A DNA stretch of 59,078 bases, counting the filler, from Catajapyx aquilonaris (lineage: Eukaryota), in assembly GCA_000934665.2 (NCBI GenBank). It is 3 parts of 3 records of this genome, joined end to end, with 100 filler letters (N's around TTAATTAATTAA, not from the genome) between each part and the next. Parts side by side here need not be neighbours in the genome. Positions count along the whole stretch, not along the records: positions 19,728 to 39,353 come from JYFJ02006416.1; 2 more parts are not named here. One strand, given 5' to 3'. This document shows positions 24,201-36,844 of the stretch, piece by piece; within the stretch, counting starts at the first letter, position 1, and each line of letters opens with the position of its first letter. A model generated the notes under the pieces. The model worked only from the letters and a program-made list of their open reading frames with translations, ran no database searches and had not been told where the DNA came from. The position numbers were made by a program, and so were the translations under genes.

Positions 24201-27200
24201 ATGGCATCGTCCAAGAGAACCAGTATGTCGTCGGCAGTCAGCAGGTCATCTCATGACCATGCTGAGGCCGACGATATCAGACCCAGTGGCGGACGTAGGA
24301 ACACCAGCAACTTCATTATCGCACCGGCTGATAAGGACTTGATGCCGCCAGCACCACGGTCAAGACGTCGTCGTCGCCTGGTTGTACTCTTTGGAAGCAT
24401 AGCTATTGTCATCATTACTCTCTCCATTCTACTCGTGACCGTCAGTCTGGTTCTTACGCCTCATATCGACCAGTGGGGTAAGTCATCATACTAGGTGGGT
24501 TCATCCTTTTGCTCTCTCCTGGAAACGTGAATTAGTAGCAAACAGTATAATTATTTGTAATAATTATCTTGGCCTGCACAAGCCATGGCCTCTCAGATAT
24601 ATTGTTACGTTGGTTATTAGGTTAGGTTATTGTGTGGTGGTACACTGCCAAGTCATCACCAATTCATGAGACTGGAGAATACGTTGTGGATTGTTCCTTC
24701 CAGAAACCAGAGAAGGGTACGAACTTACTGAACACGAGTGGTCGAATAATTACATGCTTACGTAGCAGCGGTTTATAGCGTGCAATAAAGCTCTGCTTAT
24801 AACTTATGCCGTATTTCGTGGGCTTAGAAACGAAATCCATCCAATTTGCCTGCTTTGAATTCTTTATACCACTAAGTCACATTTGTTCTGCTCTGTCGCT
24901 CGGTGAATTCCATTTAGTCCTAAACATTGATAATGAGCCTACTAGCCAGGATTTTCTGCATTCCCCGAGCGCGACATGTTCTACAGAAGAAATCCATCGT
25001 CGGATTTAGTGCGAATGTCTGGGTTTTTTTGGGGGGGACCTAATGTGCTTCTCTTGTTTGACCACGATAGTGTTCTTGGATTATGTCCTTGTACTGTACC
25101 GGACATACTAAACTTCCATATGATACCATGCCATTTAGTGTTTGTAACCACCAATACACCCCCAGAAATATCTCCTGCAATCACAAAATTGGTTCTGGAA
25201 TATTGGGTGCATAAAAATATCTATATAAAAATAAATTCTGACAGTTTCTCTCTAGGGGGCAATCTTATCTGAAAATGAGGGGTACCGTACTCTAGAGACT
25301 TGTGGCTGAAAGGCAGGAGAATTAGAGCATGTTTCTCCAGTGAATACAACCCCGTAAATGTGGTCAGTACGAGTGTTGCAAGCCAATAACCCGATCTCTG
25401 GGAGGGGTTTGGGAAGTGACGTCACGTGAATGCGCATATCGCTGGAAAGCTGGAGACAGGTTGGGCGCGCGTTTACTCTTCTCACTCAATCGAAACTATA
25501 CTTGCCTGCCCTACCCTACCCCCTCCTGCCCTACCCGCATCTTCTCCACGACAGCCGGCAGCCAGCCCTGGAGATAGTTGCAGGCAGGGCAGGCAGGAGA
25601 ACAGGAGGACATTGTGAGTAACCCAATCAGTCAGTGGCTAGTAATGGCCATGCACTCTCCACACCCTCTTTCTATACAGTATGCAAATTGTGCTTAGTTT
25701 AATTACAGCATGTTTTAAAAAGTTGTGCTGATATGTTTCAGGTGCATATATTTCATCTGTCAAATGATGAGATATTAGGTGAAATGTAGGGGTCAATAAC
25801 TGGATCCGAATATGATTTTTGATATTAACTGGAGCTTCATGTAGGTAGTGTAGTTTTTATTGTCGTTACCCAGAACATAATATGTGAGACATGTGTTTTT
25901 TTATAGGCTCTCACGGTATGAGTATATGGACGTTGCGCTATATAATTCTGCCTCAAAGTACTTTCACAAAATTGAAAGCAGGAATTGGCAATGGTCTTTT
26001 GAACACATGAAAAGGAGTTGGGAGGGGGGGGGGGGCATCAATCATTGTTTTATGACCTCGTTCTCCGTTAACAAATTAAATACTGGCGGTCAAAATCTTG
26101 GGGAATAAAAGGGTGGCTGGAAATTCAGTTTCATATCTTTCCAGTCTGGAGATAGTAATTAATTCTGAATTCATTTCCATCCTTCACAGAATGTAATGTC
26201 GGGCGACTATATTTGGCAAATAACTATAGACGGTTAGGTGAGGTCGGGGACGCCTCCAGTGGGTTAGTCACAATTTACATCATCGATCTTCCTGTTACCA
26301 GATTTTGGCTCCATAGCCTGCCTCATCCTTTACCGGCCCTTCCGATTTGGCACCAGGACCGTATATTTTAAGCAGGGGACGAAACTTCAAATGCCCAAAG
26401 GCCCATTACCTATATATTACTCAGTGTGGCAATATTAAATTCTTAGGCCTAAAAAATAGGTAATTGACATCTGGTATTTGCATATGAGGATTATGGTTTG
26501 TTTATCATCATCGCTGTCATTATCAGCGGTATCAGCATCTAGACCAGGGTGTTATGTAATGTGTGCATGCTAAATCTGGGTGAAGTTTGGAAACTACAAT
26601 ATTGCGTGAGTAAGAAAGAGAGAGCACTAAAACTGCGCCTTAATGTTCGTTTGTAAAAACTTCACGACCGTCATGCAGTCCTGCATATTCTACGCCGCTA
26701 AATGGAGTGGTGATAACATGGCATATTGCATGATGTGAGTGGGTGTTTACTGGGAAACCCTTGATAATGGATGAAGATTAATATTTTGTTTTCAATGCAA
26801 TGGGCGAGCATGTCCTGCAGCAATAAAAGTGTATCTGTCTCTTACTTTTCGAGGAAATAGTTATTTTTTAAATTTTACCTTCTCATTTATATTTACGAGG
26901 TTTTAAGTAGTGTACTATACAGTATAGAAAATATCCTGCGCGTTATGCAACCCCCAACGACTTTCATGAACCATCTCAACTAAGCCGCAGAATATTCCCT
27001 ATCAGCGTTCATTCGGGTATTAAAACAGAAAATTAATATGCGGTTTTCAGCGCTTGGAGTTAAAATTGTCGAAATCAACGAGTTATTTCACCTTAGAAAA
27101 TTTCAAATGAATTAAATCCGAGCGAACAGTGTTGTACCATGGAAATTACACCTCTAGCAACCTGGGCCTAAAGAGACACAAGACTGCAACCGTAACCCAT

Positions 27201-30200
27201 AAGTTATCTGGAGGAGAAAAACCGCCGTACTGTATACGTGCAAAAAACGGCATATTATTTCTTGAGATGGTAGATCGTAGTCCACGTAGATGTTTAAATT
27301 GGCGCCATTTTTGCACCTTACGGGCACTTAAAATATGAGCTGTATAATAAGCCCATTTTCCAAGGAATTATATTCGCTCATCCCTCTCTTGAACTGGGGA
27401 CCTAGGCGGTGCACCAACCGTTTTCAGAGCTTCTTACGTCAACTATGCTTTAAATATGCAAAACAGTTGTAGATTGTCTGAGAAAATCGTCACATCTGCA
27501 CTGAGACTATATCTTGTTATCTTAGCAAAATCAAACTCTAAAATAGATTCAAGCTTATAGGGTGTAATGGGAGTCTACTTAAGAGCTATTAATATAAATG
27601 CTATGAGAGAGAAAAATATAATAATTCATTTAATACTGGATTATGTTTTCCCTATTTACATACTACCGTAATAACTTGAACATCCTCCTCCTTGAGGTTG
27701 GATTACTACTCATAGTACGTACTATCGGGTTCAAATACTTTTGGCCACTTTATCCTGGTCTTGAAGCAACCCTTTGCACAGACCCCACGTTAAGGAGGTG
27801 TGTGTGTGTGTGTGTGAGTGAAGGGTTGCTTCAAGACCAGGATAAAGTGACCAAAAGTATTTGAACCCGATTGTAACACATAACTCAATATTACTTTTTT
27901 TTAACTTGTGATGCTTAGTACAGTACATCTGCTCCACACACATACACTTAGGATACACTTTATGATACACTTAGGATTAGCATGACAAAGCTCATCACTG
28001 TGCTGTTTGTATTTATCCCACCCCTGGCGGAAAGCAGGAAAGGGCCTTATTATCACCTACTTTTTCTGGTAATTATGAGCAATGATGGATATAAGACACC
28101 TGCAACAAAATATTGTGCAAGAACAGCATGACTTCTATGCTAGTGTAACGTTTAAAAACTGTAGTCTACGCAAATAAATTCCGCACAGACGAATATATTT
28201 TAAAACGTGAAAGCTGCTTAACGGGCGAATAATGGTGAAAAAAAGTGATCCAAGAAAACGTTACCTTGATATCCAATCGCAATATTCGGAAATTAATATT
28301 AGCTTTATCTAAAAGACCTGCGGGAAAAAAAACCCATAGTGTTTTATATAGGTGGTCCGCTTTAACTTCCCACACCCCCATTAGCATCCCTATTGATCAC
28401 ATCCAATGGCATACTGACTCACGGCTGCAGCCAGTCAGATATGCTCCTAACTTGGTTTATGTGACCAACAAGTCCAAAGTTTGTTATGGCATGGGAATAA
28501 ATTCAATTATAAAGTGCTTAATAATTTAAACTTTATCATTTTGTAACTGGTTCTTACGATTTCGCAATATCTTTTTGGTTGAAGCAAAATCAAATCCAGA
28601 TCGGAGTGTGTTTTTAACATTTTTTTTTAAAGTCTTACTTTCAACCGATTCACAACGAATGTTGCGTTTCGTAGCATGTTTGTGGCTTACGCACGCACCC
28701 TCTCTGACCTAACACTCCCAATTTGAAACTGCGCCTAACATTACGTAACTTCTTGATACGACTCGGATTAGACAGACCAAACCCTCATTCTTCGTATATT
28801 TCCTTTTCCGTCGCTATTCACGACAGACAGTAAGTTATATGTGGATTGATAAAAATAGAATACTTGAAAAAAAATGGCCGCGAAACAAGCACTCCAACAA
28901 CAGTGCTATGCAAAATACATGAATCATATATTTACGCTCGTACAGTACTAGTTGTGTGTAGTATGGTGTGGAGAAATGTCGAAATTCGGACCAATATTGT
29001 ACGTACAAACACTTGATCTTGTCTGGTTTATAGTATACGTTCCTTCCGGCAAGTTAGATTTATGTTCTTGCACTTGTTCCGTGTTACAAACTGCTCTTAT
29101 TGCGTGGGCATTTTTGGATCACCCTACGTTATATTCCCTCCAAGTATTACGCAACAGAGTAAAGTTTTAGTGCAGGCGTAAGTGATGTAGTTCAGGAGGC
29201 AGACTTTCTCCTTTGAGGCCCTGAGTTCAGTTCCTGTATATAGGCTGAGAATTTTTGTTCATTTCGAAAATACAGCATTTCGATTGGTCTTACTTTCAAA
29301 ATCCATCAGCAACGAGCATGTTGGTATCCAAAAAACAAAAAAAAAATACAAAAAAATTGAAAAAACTGTAAAGTAACGCCCATATGGATAAGAGGTGACA
29401 AAATCGAGTTCATCGCATCGTATTTTTAACAAAGACAGCTAATTACTCTATATTAATTCGAGGCACTCCACTGCGAAGGTGCCATATTATGACAAAGTTT
29501 GTGTCCTGACACTCGAGCCCGATAGCAAAAAGACATCAAAGAGCATGTGACTTGACTTCCTCTGCAGCCAAGCATCCCAGCGAGATATTCGATCCACGCA
29601 CTTCACAACACTACAGGTGTAGTTTTGTGTGCGCGGACTTCCGAAACATCCTCGCGTTACCAACTTTTGCCAGCAACGGTCATGGCAATCGATCATAATT
29701 TCGCGTGATTTGTATGTGAACTCCTGGAATGAAATGAATATCTTGGTCATAACATCTCTAGGTATTTCAGATGTGATTCTTGCGATATTTCATGAACTTT
29801 CTGCGACACGTGCCAGTTAGTAATTAAAGTTGTACTCGCATTAAAATATCTGTATAATGTCAAATAAATGCGTACAGTACCTATATAGCAAACCAGAGTA
29901 CTGTCCCAATTCTAGTGGCATTCAAGTGTGGTGGGATCCATACGGGCCGAGTCACCCTGCATTGCGAAGTTCTCTTCATCCAGAAATACTCATTTCATGC
30001 TGGAATGCACGTGCGATTTCGAATGATACAAATCTGATCCAACGTTCAGGATACACCCTATAGAGTGAGTGGAGAAAAATCTTTCCACGATAAACAGAAT
30101 GTTACTATATCGTCAAGAGCTCTTGGTTCGTATGGTATGGTCATTCCGGGATTTTGTGGGATATTAGGAAGTAGACTTCCAGACACAAATAAATCTCGAC

Positions 30201-31500
30201 ATTGGGGGTAGTGGAAGGTGGGGTTGGGCAGTGAAGGGGTCACAAATTCTGGAAAAAGACACACATGACGTTGCAGTCTTTTCCTGGGCCGCAAATATAG
30301 GTAAAATATAGGTACCCCCTACCTTTACCAGCACCCCCCAACATACCCGGGCAACGCCGGGTAACCTGTTAGTATTATAAGTGTGTGCGACTTGATAATG
30401 CTAATGCAATTGCTGCATGGTATTATTTTGTAATTTTAAAATAAATTATGTGGCATCTCAGTGCAGCTTATTCAATAGGACAATATCATTTCCGAGGTAG
30501 CAAATCCTTCCAGATTAATGTCAAAAATATTGATCACTTCTGGACTAAAATGTCTATATGACAAAGTTTTTAAAAGTGTGTCGTGCATAATTTGCCAAGC
30601 CTATCAAAAGAAAGTATGTGTGAATAGACAAAACATATCCCTGTTAACCGCAAAAGCACAGCGATATATTATTTTTATCTTTGTATTAGTACAAATAACG
30701 CGTTTTTTCACTTTTAATTTTATCCCCTTCGTGATTGTGAACCGTTTTATTAGATTACTGTTGTCATTTGATTTTGCAGAAGGGTATGGTTTTTAAAATA
30801 ATTATTCTAAGCATCTTGCCGATTGTCTCGTGCATGCATTTTTCATACTTTACAATATCTGCCAAATGGCCAATGTGATGGTCTGTTACCAAGATTTTGT
30901 TATTATATTATTTATAGATGTACCGCTTCCCTAGTCATATTATTTGGAAGGTTCTGAATGTACTGTAAGAGTGGAGGTTTATCTGATATTCTCATAGACT
31001 ACCCAGGTTAGTTTTATGCCCTTGGATTCCATGGCATCTACAGTGTTGCTGTTATACTGTACTCTCCCTTCTTATCATCCTAAAAATCTACAGCACGTAA
31101 TATGCATCATCATCACGAAATATGCCGGAGCTGTAGCACTTGCTGTATATAACGCATGACTGTTATACCCATTTTTTCATATCCTTTCTCTTTTCGGATA
31201 CAAGCTTGTACTGTACTACTTGTACATTACTCTTTGTATAGACCCACTATTGAGCTATTCTACTCGTAGCTATTCCTCCGATATTCTCTATGTCCCCACC
31301 CCACAGCTAGGAAATGCTGGAAGATGAGCGCGGTATATCGTCAGCGGAGCCCAGCAGTAAAGCAGATAGGTCGTCGTGCTACAGTGTCAGCAGACAGCAT
31401 GTGGAAGGACGAAGTGGAAAACATGACGTCAGTAGGAAATCGAAGCCCAAGGAGCATCGACGGCGCCGAGGGCGTTCACACCTCTCCCCGGAGGACATGA
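24201..31500 (+). CDS. Single-pass (type II) membrane protein A, 156 aa (exons 24201-24477 and 31307-31500)
   Basis: RRRRR followed by TM LVVLFGSIAIVIITLSILLVTVSLVL, then TPHIDQW and a strong phase-1 donor G|GTAAGT. Splicing to the CCACAG acceptor at 31306 gives ARKCWK...ENMTSVGNRSPRS...SPRRT* (64 open codons, with an NMT sequon). Exon 1 is well supported. The acceptor choice is inferred, since 33788 is also phase-compatible. Confidence 0.6.
25383..25619 (+). promoter_or_regulatory. Putative internal promoter and non-coding first exon
   Basis: CCAAT at 25383, perfect CRE GTGACGTCAC at 25416-25425 overlapping an E-box CACGTG, and TGCGCA at 25431. An ATG-free GC-rich stretch follows and ends at a GTGAGT donor (25614). 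Confidence 0.5.
27722..27873. mobile_element. Tc1/mariner-type MITE
   Basis: ~50-bp near-perfect TIRs (ATCGGGTTCAAATACTTTTGG...GCAACCCTT), flanking TA on both sides, and a (GT)n core. Confidence 0.8.
30344..30373 (+). mobile_element. Helitron-like 3' terminus
   Basis: GC-rich hairpin TACCCGGGCAACGCCGGGTA followed 5 nt later by TTAG-T, a variant of the CTAG end. Confidence 0.45.
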
Positions 31501-33900
31501 TGCTCGTGTCGCAATTACAGCAATCCCGACGATGTCATACAGCTACGACTGCATCCAAAAAGAGACATGATGAGGAAGTTCTGTTGCATCCTTGCAGCTG
31601 CAGAGGAGTTCAGAGGCATTCAACTGGTGGTGATAGCTTCCCTTATCCCTCTGCTTTTCTTCTGTTCCCGAGAACCCCCACCCCTCCTAGGCTAAGTTTG
31701 ACCTCTAAGCTACCCAGCAGCTACTACACTCGAAGTGATCAGAAGATCAGAAGATCATATTCACTGATCGAGCTGAGCAGCCCTGTTAGCCCTCTTCTGC
31801 AGCCTATGACCGCGAACGCCATGGAGCTGAGTAACCCAGCTAGCCCTCCGCCAGCACCACCATCTTCATTGCAACGTGGTGGTAATCATGTGGCTGCTGC
31901 AACACTGCTCAAGAGGAGGCTCGTCCTCACCACTGGAGGAGGTCCAGGAGGTATAGGAGTCGGAGGACCACCGTTTTCTTCGTCTGCATCTGACGATACT
32001 TTACCAAAAAGGGCTAGATGGACCATCATTCTCACCGCGACCATCTTGCTTATGATGAGTGTGGTATTGGTCGGAGTCACGCTCAGGATGGCTCCTATCA
32101 TCGACTCCATGGGTAAGTCAGTATACCAGGTGAATAAATAATAATTAGTGACCTGTAGGCGACCAATACTGCTATCAACACAGGGCATATTCATGTGTGC
32201 TTTTGATGTAAAGATCCATTCAGTATGTGCAAGAGTCGACCCATCTTGACAGCCCAGAAATTATTGATGTCATACCATAAATTCTCTCACTCCTCAATCC
32301 CTCCTCTCTCCATATAGTCCAACCCATCTCTTCCAGAATTTTGGACTTACCTGCAAATATGTGCTGCTTCCATCCTGCATTCCAGACACATGAAGGGGAA
32401 CGTTGGCGGGGATTGCCTTGGACTAGTTGGTGTGAATGTTGCAAACTATCAAAGCCATTTTGACGGGGAGCCACAAAGCACGGAGTGAAGTAGTTTTAAT
32501 GATTTTATGACTCGCATCTCAGCATGGATAAGTTAATTTTAATGAAAAGGGCAATGCTGATTACCCGCTAAACTAAGGATCCACTGGCATTTTAGGCAAG
32601 TTATCTTTCAGTTTATTTTGTTCAACGTTATTGCAAAGTGAATAGTCTACTCTACTTGTATAGTTATAATCAATGCCTAACGAATCCTGCATATTGGACA
32701 AGAGGACATTTTACATGTACCGGTATAAATTGAAATGTAGCAATATTCAAACAAAATTTTAACATGACCTTAGCTTTTGTATCTTAACAATGCATGGAAC
32801 AACTCCCAACCGAAATTATCGAGAAACACTGCGCGTTTCGATCCTGGAACTCTTCTGGAAGATTTCCATTCGTTTGTTCTCGGATTTCCAATACACTCTG
32901 CCTTCATTCGCGAGTTGTGCCAGTTTCAATATTGGAAACTTGGCAGAGTGTATTGGATGTGAGATCATGCATGAGACTTTTTTTTATATATGGGATCTTG
33001 TTATGGGCCTTTATTATACTTACTGTGCATTATATGCTCATTATGGGAAAACCATTAATTTATGTCACGTTTTGCGGTAAAGTGGTACAGTATATCTATT
33101 GGAATTACAGGGTAAAAGAGGATGATGACGTGTTGCACCGAATTGGAATATGATATGAACTATATCTCGTATATTATATACCAGCATGCGATGATTCCAT
33201 TTTGAACGTATATAATATTACTTGATGTATGATCCGTCTAACTCATGATTGCAACGGAAATAGGGACGGAATTATCTCTGCAACCAATGACGAAAAGTGC
33301 GGAAGCTACCGGGCGAAAATATTTTAGTATAAGTGTTATAAATAGTACATTTTATATTTATAATTTGCAATACTCATTTGTGATTGATTATATTGGCAAC
33401 TTTTGCACACACATCTGCAAAAATGTTGGGTTCGATGTCCCATAGACAGCTGGCTGGATTTTTTGAGGTGAGGATGGTAGACACGACGAAATTCTAATTG
33501 AGTTGTTGGTAATATTGCTTCTATAGCTAATTGTCACATGCCTCATTCTATTAGGCTAAAGTATTGAGACAGACTAATAATGTAGGCATGTCGTTCACAC
33601 ACACACCGGCAACAATAAGTCAAACACGGATATATAGCAACACCACTGCTATATCATTGCAAATTTTCAGTTCCTTTCAGGCTATTCAGTGTGCCACTAC
33701 ATCTCTTTTCCTGGTTTGTTCACCCTTAACGTCAATGTAATTATCGGGAATTCTATGAAAATGACGAATTTCTGTTTCTCATTTCAGTTAAGAAGGAGAA
33801 TCGAGAGTCTTTTGGCGGTCCCAGTCGTGAGGAAGCTAACCTGACCACGACTGAATCGTTGCAACCTGGCACATCTCCCTCGACTGAGAGCACAACCTAA
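31314..33900 (+). CDS. Single-pass (type II) membrane protein B, 303 aa (exons 31314-32112 and 33788-33900); paralog of protein A
   Basis: 266-codon ORF with an S/P/R-rich N-terminus, then KRAR and TM WTIILTATILLMMSVVLVGVTL, then RMAPIIDSM and a phase-1 donor G|GTAAGTCA. The TTTCAG acceptor at 33787 gives VKKENRESFGG...EANLTTTES...STT* (NLT sequon). An alternative start is possible at ATG 31497 or 31500. Confidence 0.8.
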
Positions 33901-36340
33901 GCGGTGATGACGGCCGTCAAGAGCCGACGTCTACCTACCTCATTGAGCAGCAATACGAAACTGCACAATTTCTCCAGAACTCTGTCAGTGACAATGGAGA
34001 TATCAGACTAGGTCCGTCAGTAAACATGCATGCAAAAAAAAACACACCCACATAATAATATACACAAAGACAGAATCCACACATATATATACGTACGTAT
34101 CTTTCAAGTCCAGGGACTTCCGCTCCATTTGTTGTGAAGATCAGAAATGTGCAATGATATTTGATTCATAGTATGATGACTCTAGTGAGAGGTGCAATCA
34201 AGCAGTCATGCATTATGCACTGAATCAAGTGAAATGCATCGCTACCGACATATCTTTTGAACGTATAGGACACTATTTATTTTCATTGCGGATCTTTTGG
34301 ATTACTTGAAAGGGTTGTTTTGCTCCATTTCAGTTATTTTGTCATCTTCCATTACATGAGAAAAAGAGGTGATGTACACACAAACTTGTAAAAATACATA
34401 ATTGTATATTTAGTCAGTGGGATCGAGTTTATATCAGGTGTCAGTCACTTATATCAGCTGCAGTAGTAGTTTTTTAAAATTTCTCCATGTTGGCCATGGC
34501 ATTTCTAAATCTCAGGTTATATCATCTGAATCTTTTTACATCGCGCATTTCCTGAGACATCGGCCGTATATTGCAATAATGTCCTAAATCAGACGTTGGG
34601 AAGAGGATAATTATGACGTAGATAATTTCTCACCCTTTATATGCAGTGTATTACTAGGAGTGGTTGGGATGGAGTCATAACTGAGGGTGCAGAATAAGTA
34701 TACTTGTGTATATTAATTAGACTCAGCTTATAGGTCCCTCGGTCTAGCTAATTTACAGTGTGCGTATTATTAGCCACCATAGAGAGAGATATCCGACTTT
34801 TGGGTCGACCCAGCTATACTGTAGTGAATGAGCTCATAATTATGCCAACATGATTATAGATAATAGGTAGGTCAAAATGTCGGTGCCTGCTAGTAGAGGT
34901 CAGAGCGTGGTCAGAGAAGCGAGCAACAAATACACATTCATCTCTCACTGTTGTCACATTGTTCTCTCTCCACCCCCCCTCCTCTCTCTCTCCCCCACAA
35001 ATACACAAACACCCACCCACATACACACGAGCACACACACGGTGGTTGTGACCGACGGTAGTGCATCGCAGGTTAATGTGAATCTTTGGTCACATGTAAG
35101 GTGAACTGTAAAGAGAAGTCGTCGAGAAAGAATTCGTTTTGCATATTGCACAGGTGAATTATCATGCCAATTTTCAGGGAAAAGATGCCGTCGACAACGA
35201 TCTGAATAAAAGCTTCCTGAGGAAGTAACTGTGCTCATGTCACGTTTACGTGAAAATCCTTCCGCCATTCCCTCCTACAGCTATGTCGTTGTTTTTACTG
35301 TAGGCGTGAACATCATTGGACAAAGTCATTTCGTGAATTTTTTAAAAATTTTGTGTGAAATCAGATAAAACTAGAAGATTTGGTGGGAAAGCGAACAAGG
35401 TATATTATCAAATGAAATTTTACGAAGGGATTAAATGTGAAAATTATGAATACTGTCCATAACAATAAGTATGTGTGCCCTAGCTGTGTCCAGCCTGTGT
35501 CATCGTCACCCTGAAGGTACAGTACAGTACATACTACCTTGATACTACTCAGGACCAGAATGAAATAGCGCGAAAGACCGTACTTTTCAACTGATTTTAA
35601 AATATCAAAAATCGAGTTTGCGAAGTAATTTTGTCACAGACCACTCTTGAGAGAGCGAACAGAATTTAGTGGCTAAAAGGATTGCGGGAAAATCAATCTC
35701 TGGGCTCCTCTTTCTCCTCCTACCCCTCTCTCCCTCCTCCCAATGAATGATCTAACGACTCTTTTTTCAGAGAAGCCGAACCAACGTAATGGGGTAGTCC
35801 TTAGATAATAAAAGGGGTTAATATCTATGGGGTAGTCATGATTGACCTTCACACCCAAACTCGACAACTTAAGAGGACATAAAATTTGTCAAGTTTTTGT
35901 AGTGCTCACGAATGGGCCCATCCACCTATTGTATGTAGTTAAAACTTCTAAAGCCCCTTAAAATCACTGGTCCAAAGTATATAAAAAAGCTTATCGTAAT
36001 TAAATGCGAGTATATTATGATATACGGTACGATAGGGCAAGAAATTAATATACCAGCAAAACCAAACACCACAATTATTATTAAAACACGATTTAATTAT
36101 GATCATTTACAGATGGATAATGAATTTCGCGTATACTTACTGCCGGTAATCTCGCAAGGATGGCCTTCAAAAGCAATCCGTTTCGACTGGCAGACACCTC
36201 CATATAGATTGATGACTCTTTTCAACCACGTAAAATGCATTTTTGAATGGTTCCAAGGCGTTCACTCTCGCCATTTTATACTTTTTACACCCTTTCACAA
36301 AATCGCAAATCACTGACAAAATCACAAATCATTGACATCT

Positions 36341-36844
36341 TCACATGCATGCTTCCCTTGGTATCAACGCGCACAAGTACTCATGTGGGAATGCTATGGG
36401 GCCACTCAGCTGCCCCGTAGAGTCCTTAGAGTAAAATTTTCTTCCCATCCGGACCATACACTTCATCTTGATGGGGAACGACACTTTTATTCCTTCTCCG
36501 AACCTATTGAAGATCTTGTACCAGCTGTTTGACAGTTCGAGACCCTCAAAGTCTTCAAGGAAATAAAGACGCCAACTTCTGGACATTGCTGTACCCCTGC
36601 TGCCAAAGAGCACATTGAATGCATCGACTCGGAAAGTTATCCGTAAGTGGCCACTGCGTGATGATTTCCTGGTGAGCTCCCGAGCGATTTTTTGCAAAAA
36701 GACTTCTTTAGCTTCAGCTAGAACTTCGGCACTAAGTTTAGGTGAGTAGTAGCTCTCTTTTGCAGCTTTGGTCAGATTTGCTCCAGGCTCCCAAGTGCAG
36801 GACGCTTTGGTGTATCCTTTCCACTGGACCAAGTACTTGTGTCC
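36341..36844 (-). CDS. Chromodomain-containing terminal exon (probably transposon-borne; upstream exon not found)
   Basis: Acceptor TTTCTCATGTAG| then GHKYLVQWKGYTKASCTWEPGANL, matching the chromodomain consensus YLVKWKGY..x.TWEP..NL. Open for 167 codons to TGA. Confidence 0.7.
   Translation of the reverse strand, partial: GHKYLVQWKGYTKASCTWEPGANLTKAAKESYYSPKLSAEVLAEAKEVFLQKIARELTRKSSRSGHLRITFRVDAFNVLFGSRGTAMSRSWRLYFLEDFEGLELSNSWYKIFNRFGEGIKVSFPIKMKCMVRMGRKFYSKDSTGQLSGPIAFPHEYLCALIPREACM

Noticed and set aside
24477..31314. In-frame fusion of ORF A and ORF B into one two-TM protein
   Set aside because: Neither the AG at 31306 nor the AG at 31310 puts a phase-1 donor into ORF B's frame. A fusion would need an unseen intervening exon.
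31886..32194. Antisense 102-aa ORF
   Set aside because: It is a shadow of the GC-rich sense ORF B.
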